Shown: piece after piece, positions 60,040 through 64,000 of the stretch
Numbering within the stretch: position 1 is the first letter of the stretch
Layout of the letters: the number at the start of each line of letters is the position of its first letter
Source: Haplodiscus bocki
Taxonomy: Eukaryota
NCBI GenBank assembly: GCA_965655095.1
Contig: OZ296656.1
Coordinates: 36,828,001 to 36,892,000, forward strand
Length of the DNA: 64,000 nucleotides
Reading direction: 5' to 3'
Program-made: the position numbers and the translations under genes
Notes under the pieces: model-generated
The model's input: the letters and a program-made list of their open reading frames with translations, nothing else
Databases searched by the model: none
What the model was told of the DNA's origin: nothing

Positions 60040-63000
60040 GAAAAGAAAGTTTGTGAAAGGAAAATTGAAGCACTCTGTGATTGCGACGCAGGTGTTGCAT
60101 GCCATAGTCCTTTAATTTATGACGAATTGAAGCAAACTCACAAACTTGATCTAAAACCATGTCTGAGGAAACTCAGAGCTGTAAAGGGGTTGCCCAATGA
60201 GGTAAAAGGTGTCGTCCGTGTACTTGTAATCATTGGACCGACATCATCTGAGCATGGTTTCTGTGTCCTCGAGATAAATCAGATGAGGGGTGTTTGCTAA
60301 GATGAGACTTCCTCGAAAGGAATAAATGTGACCCACTGTTTCCTTGTATGCAAATACAATCAGATTCGCACAGTTTTGTTCCCTTTTGCCAGAAGCATTT
60401 CGACTATGGCCACGATAACGTTTTTCGAGCCATTTCGACTGAAACACTCGCAGTTCCCCCTGGTCACACAAAAACCTTTCCTGCCCATATACTCAACTGG
60501 AAACGACCCCCAAAACAAGTTTGTGCACTTTTCGAACCTAAAGACAAGTTTCAACCAAAAAACTAAGTGTCTGCACCAAATGTATTTTTTCATTTTACGG
60601 AAAAGGCCATTCCGATAACCATTGAGAACAAAATTGAAGAAGAGATCACGACATACTGAAACAAAACACTTGGAATTTCCGAAATCGTACCAGAAGTGGT
60701 GATAAATAACAGTTCGAAATTGACTAAATCAATACCAGTGCCCATCAAAAATAACAAAGACGACTTCAACAATTTGAAAATTTGACAAAGATATCCCAAA
60801 GCGCTTTCAAGAGCAGTTTGGGTCCTAGGTGAAAGAGTTTTCTGATACCTTTTCTAAATCAGAATGGGATATAGGTAAATGTGATGTCACAACCCACCGA
60901 ATCGCAGTAGAACCTGGATCATCTAAACATGTAAAACTTCCCAGTCGCAGGATGCCGTTGCATTAGAGAGGATCTGCAGTATGAAATTGATGTTTTTCTG
61001 GTAAAAGAGTTAATAACACCATGACATAGCCCACACCGTCCGCATGCTATGTTAGTCCACAGAAAGAACGGAAAACTCCGACTAGTCATTGACAATTGCC
61101 AATTGAATACCCAAACTATTAAATCAACATGGCCCGTCCCTTCAAGAGAGGAAACGTTGGACACTTTGGAAGGCAGTGTCTATTTCACCTCCATTGATAT
61201 GTCCGCTGGATTCTGACAGGTTCCATGGAGGAGACTTCCCAGGATTACACAGCTTGCAGTACACCGTTTGGATCTTTCAGGTGGCTACAGCTGCCAATTG
61301 GACTAACTGGAAGTCCGCCTACTTTCCAATGTCTGGTCGAACAAGTTCCTGTTGCTTTAACTTGGAAACATTGGGTGCCTTATCCGGACAAAAATATCAT
61401 ATTTCCGTCAACCCTTGATGAAAACCTCGAACGATTGCGACTGGTTTTTGAACGATTCCGTGCACAAAATTTAAAAATCAATCCAGACGAATGTGACTTT
61501 TTCAGCATTCAAGTCCAGTTCCTTGGTCACATAAAAAGTAAAGAGGGATTAGAAGTTAATCCTAACAACATGGAAGCCGTTCAAAATTTTCCAGAACCGA
61601 GAAGTCAAACTGAAGTGAAACCGTTTTTGGGTTTTGCTTCGTGTTTCCGAAGGTTCGTACCAACCTTTGGAGAACTAGCACGTCCTTTGCACAATGTTAG
61701 TGGAACGACTACGAAGTTTGAATGGATATTTGCGGCTCAGAACGCATTTGAGTCTTTGAAATTGACACTAACCTCAACTCCGATACTTGCTTTTCCCTGC
61801 CTTAAAGAACCCTTCATAATTTACACTGACGCGAGTCAATTTGCCATGGGTGCCCTAAATTCATAAGTGCAGGATGGCAAAGAGCGAGCTATTTGCTATG
61901 CCTCTAAACCACTTTCAAAGTGACAAACAAAATAACTCCGCTACACGCTGCGAGCTGTTATATCTTTTAACATTCACACGTCACTTCCACCACTATCTGT
62001 TTGGTCAAAAAATCAGAATGGTAACTGATCATAGTGCACGTCAATGGTTGCACGGTTCCAGGGACCCCGATGGAATAACCGCAACGTGGTTAGAAAAACT
62101 TGCACGTTTTGACTAAGAAGTGCGTCATCGACCCGATATAATCCATCGCTCATGTAGACGGATCATCACGCATTCCGCCGAACTCTATCAATGCAATTGA
62201 AAGTGATCTTCTTTCAACCTCGCTTCTGAACGAAATTCCAAAAAAAAGATTACCAAGAGGTAATAGGTAATGTCTTTGACTCAAAACAGAGTCTTGCTCA
62301 CTGCGTCTTAGCTGATTTCAAACTGTCTGCGGAGATCGCCCAACTTTTTAAACTCTTTTTTTATCAAAAAACCCTACACATCTTGACCATTCTTTCATCC
62401 CGTTATGGCCCCAGTGGTTACATGAAACACGCCCCTATCTGTATCATTCGGAAACGAAACAAAAACACTTCAATAAACCAAAGTGTAGCACACTTCAAGC
62501 CTCCTTAGGGAGAATAAGAACACACTCTGAACACAGCAATATCTCCAGAATAAGCATGCCTTGCATTGAAACGGGGTTAGACCAATTAGACTAGGACAAA
62601 TTAAAACTGCTCATCCTGGAAGCGTTTCGAACTAACTCAGTGCATCTCGTGGTTTGTATTCTCCCGTTGAGACGAACGAACAGAACGACACTCCGGTTGA
62701 AAATGAACCAGCTAATGAGTTTGCCCAGGTTTAAGAAGCCGACGAGTCATTGAAACATGTGCGTCTTTGGACAGAAAAAATTTCCTACACAAAACAACCT
62801 TCAAGGCCTTCGCCGGCTGGGATGGCAGATGTACAACCAATTCGGTAGCTTATACATACAAGATGGTATTCTTTGTCGCAAATTTGAGCCCACAGATGGT
62901 CGTTTAGCTTATCTTCAGCAAATCAACCCTCCGCCGCTGGTCACTGAATTAATCACTTCACTACATAACTGCATTAACTGCATAACTCAGTGACCGCCAG

Positions 63001-63990
63001 ACATTTGGGTGCTTACAAAACCCTTGAGAAGATTCATCAACGTGATTATTGGCCTGGTTTCGAATGTGATATTAGACGTCGCTGCGATAAAAACCAGAAA
63101 AGATTTGGCCCTCCACAGAAGCACCGACATTCGGTCGTAGATTGGAAAAATATTCACCCGTTTGATCACATTGGTTTAGTTTTCTTGGGCCCCTTAACTA
63201 CTTCAAACAGATGTCGTTACATCCTATTGATAGGTGACCATTTCAGTAAATGGTGTGAAGCGACTCCTCTCTCTGAAAAACTGCAGCCACCACCAGTGAA
63301 GCTCTCCTAGAACGTTGGATTTGACAATTTAGTGGCCCGTACAGCATGCACATAGATCGTGGCACCAAATTCGAGTCTTAACCTCTCGCAAATCTTATAG
63401 AAACACTTGAAATCAACAAAACGTGAACAACCGCTTTTCATCCTCAATCAAAGTCCGTCATCAAGAGAATGAACGGAATTCTTCTTAACATACTTGCCAA
63501 AAGCATCGACTAAGACCAAGCAACTTGGTCTGTTAAACTACCATAAAGTTTATTGGCTTATCGATCGTTTGTTCACGAATCCACCGGATTCACCCCTCAT
63601 TATTTGGTTTTCGTGCATGAAATTTCTCTACCTCTAGACCTAATGTATCAAACTTTTCCATCCATGACACCAAATGATGTCCATATCTCGGTCTTGCAGA
63701 AAAAAGAAGCGTTCCGCCAGGCTTATGAGCTTATTTGACGCAATGCTACTGCTCATAAACGCCGTCGCAGCAGTCTCTGCAACAAGCATGTACACGATCT
63801 CGCCTACAAAGAGGGCCAACACGTCCTATTCCACTGTCGCGTTGCTCCAAATGGCAAAAGTCCTAAACTTTCGAGTCTGTGGCGCGGCCCGAACCGAAAA
63901 GTAAAATTTTTGAAAGACGTTAACTATCAAATCGAAGAACTTACTACCGGTAAGTTCGAAGTTTCGAACTATGATCGCTTGAAACAATAT
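60040..63990 (+). pseudogene. pol: pol: protease, reverse transcriptase, RNase H, macrodomain, integrase
   Basis: ALCDCDAG (PR-like); GKLRLVID, TPFG.F.W..LP.GL..SPPTFQ, FLGH (RT); IYTDASQFAMGA, ELL, VTDH (RH); HLGAYKT, LIGDHFSKW, TTAFHPQS-like, MAYRS.VHESTGFTP (IN). Confidence 0.9.
62251..62667 (+). pseudogene. TARG1/OARD1 (DarG-like) macrodomain within pol
   Basis: GNVFDSKQSLAHCVLADFKLSAEIAQLFK../YLYHSETKQKHFNKPKCSTLQASL...ISMPCIETGLDQLD*DKLK..I.EAF....V is collinear with TARG1 GDLF..SLAHCISED..MGAGIA..FK..YLITK..KPTY..L..SL..SMPRIGCGLDRLQW. Confidence 0.85.
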
Positions 63991-64000
63991 CATGGCCCAA

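Larger units (their letters stand above)
58680..64000 (+). mobile_element. Degenerate Ty3/gypsy LTR retrotransposon (gag-PR-RT-RH-macro-IN), continuing past the window
   Basis: Domain order RT-RNaseH-IN with the motifs listed under gag and pol. 5' LTR not resolved. Confidence 0.92.

Overview
AT-rich, transposon-saturated eukaryotic (probably invertebrate animal) genomic DNA with no prokaryotic features. The first 18.3 kb holds a near-complete but pseudogenised Polinton/Maverick (adintovirus-like) element at 1411-18330, bounded by AGTAG...CTACT terminal inverted repeats. It sits inside the truncated remains of a second, paralogous Polinton (1-1410). It carries the canonical core: protein-primed PolB with an inserted Vsr-like nuclease, A32/FtsK packaging ATPase, rve integrase, minor and major capsid proteins and an adenain protease. 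It also carries a ~6 kb accessory block (6.7-12.8 kb) that looks like a host-manipulation cassette. The block contains a small secreted EGF-family growth-factor gene with EGFR-ligand cysteine spacing (missed by the ORF track) and an acidic E1A-like protein with KEN-box, SIM and Rb-type motifs. It also has three PC4-like genes, a CCCH-like protein, a parvovirus-PLA2-like gene, a Maelstrom/DnaQ-like nuclease and a 51-bp array containing p53-type half-sites. The rest of the window includes a Mutator element with 9-bp TSD and tandem-repeat TIRs (39682-42060), several solo-LTR-like elements carrying gag N-termini, LINE, hAT, SINE and MITE debris, a ~260-bp palindrome and scattered exons of a probable host BTB-domain gene (minus strand). 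It ends in a degenerate Ty3/gypsy retrotransposon (58.7 kb to window end) whose pol has a TARG1/OARD1-type macrodomain between RNase H and integrase. All family assignments are by motif recognition, without database searches.
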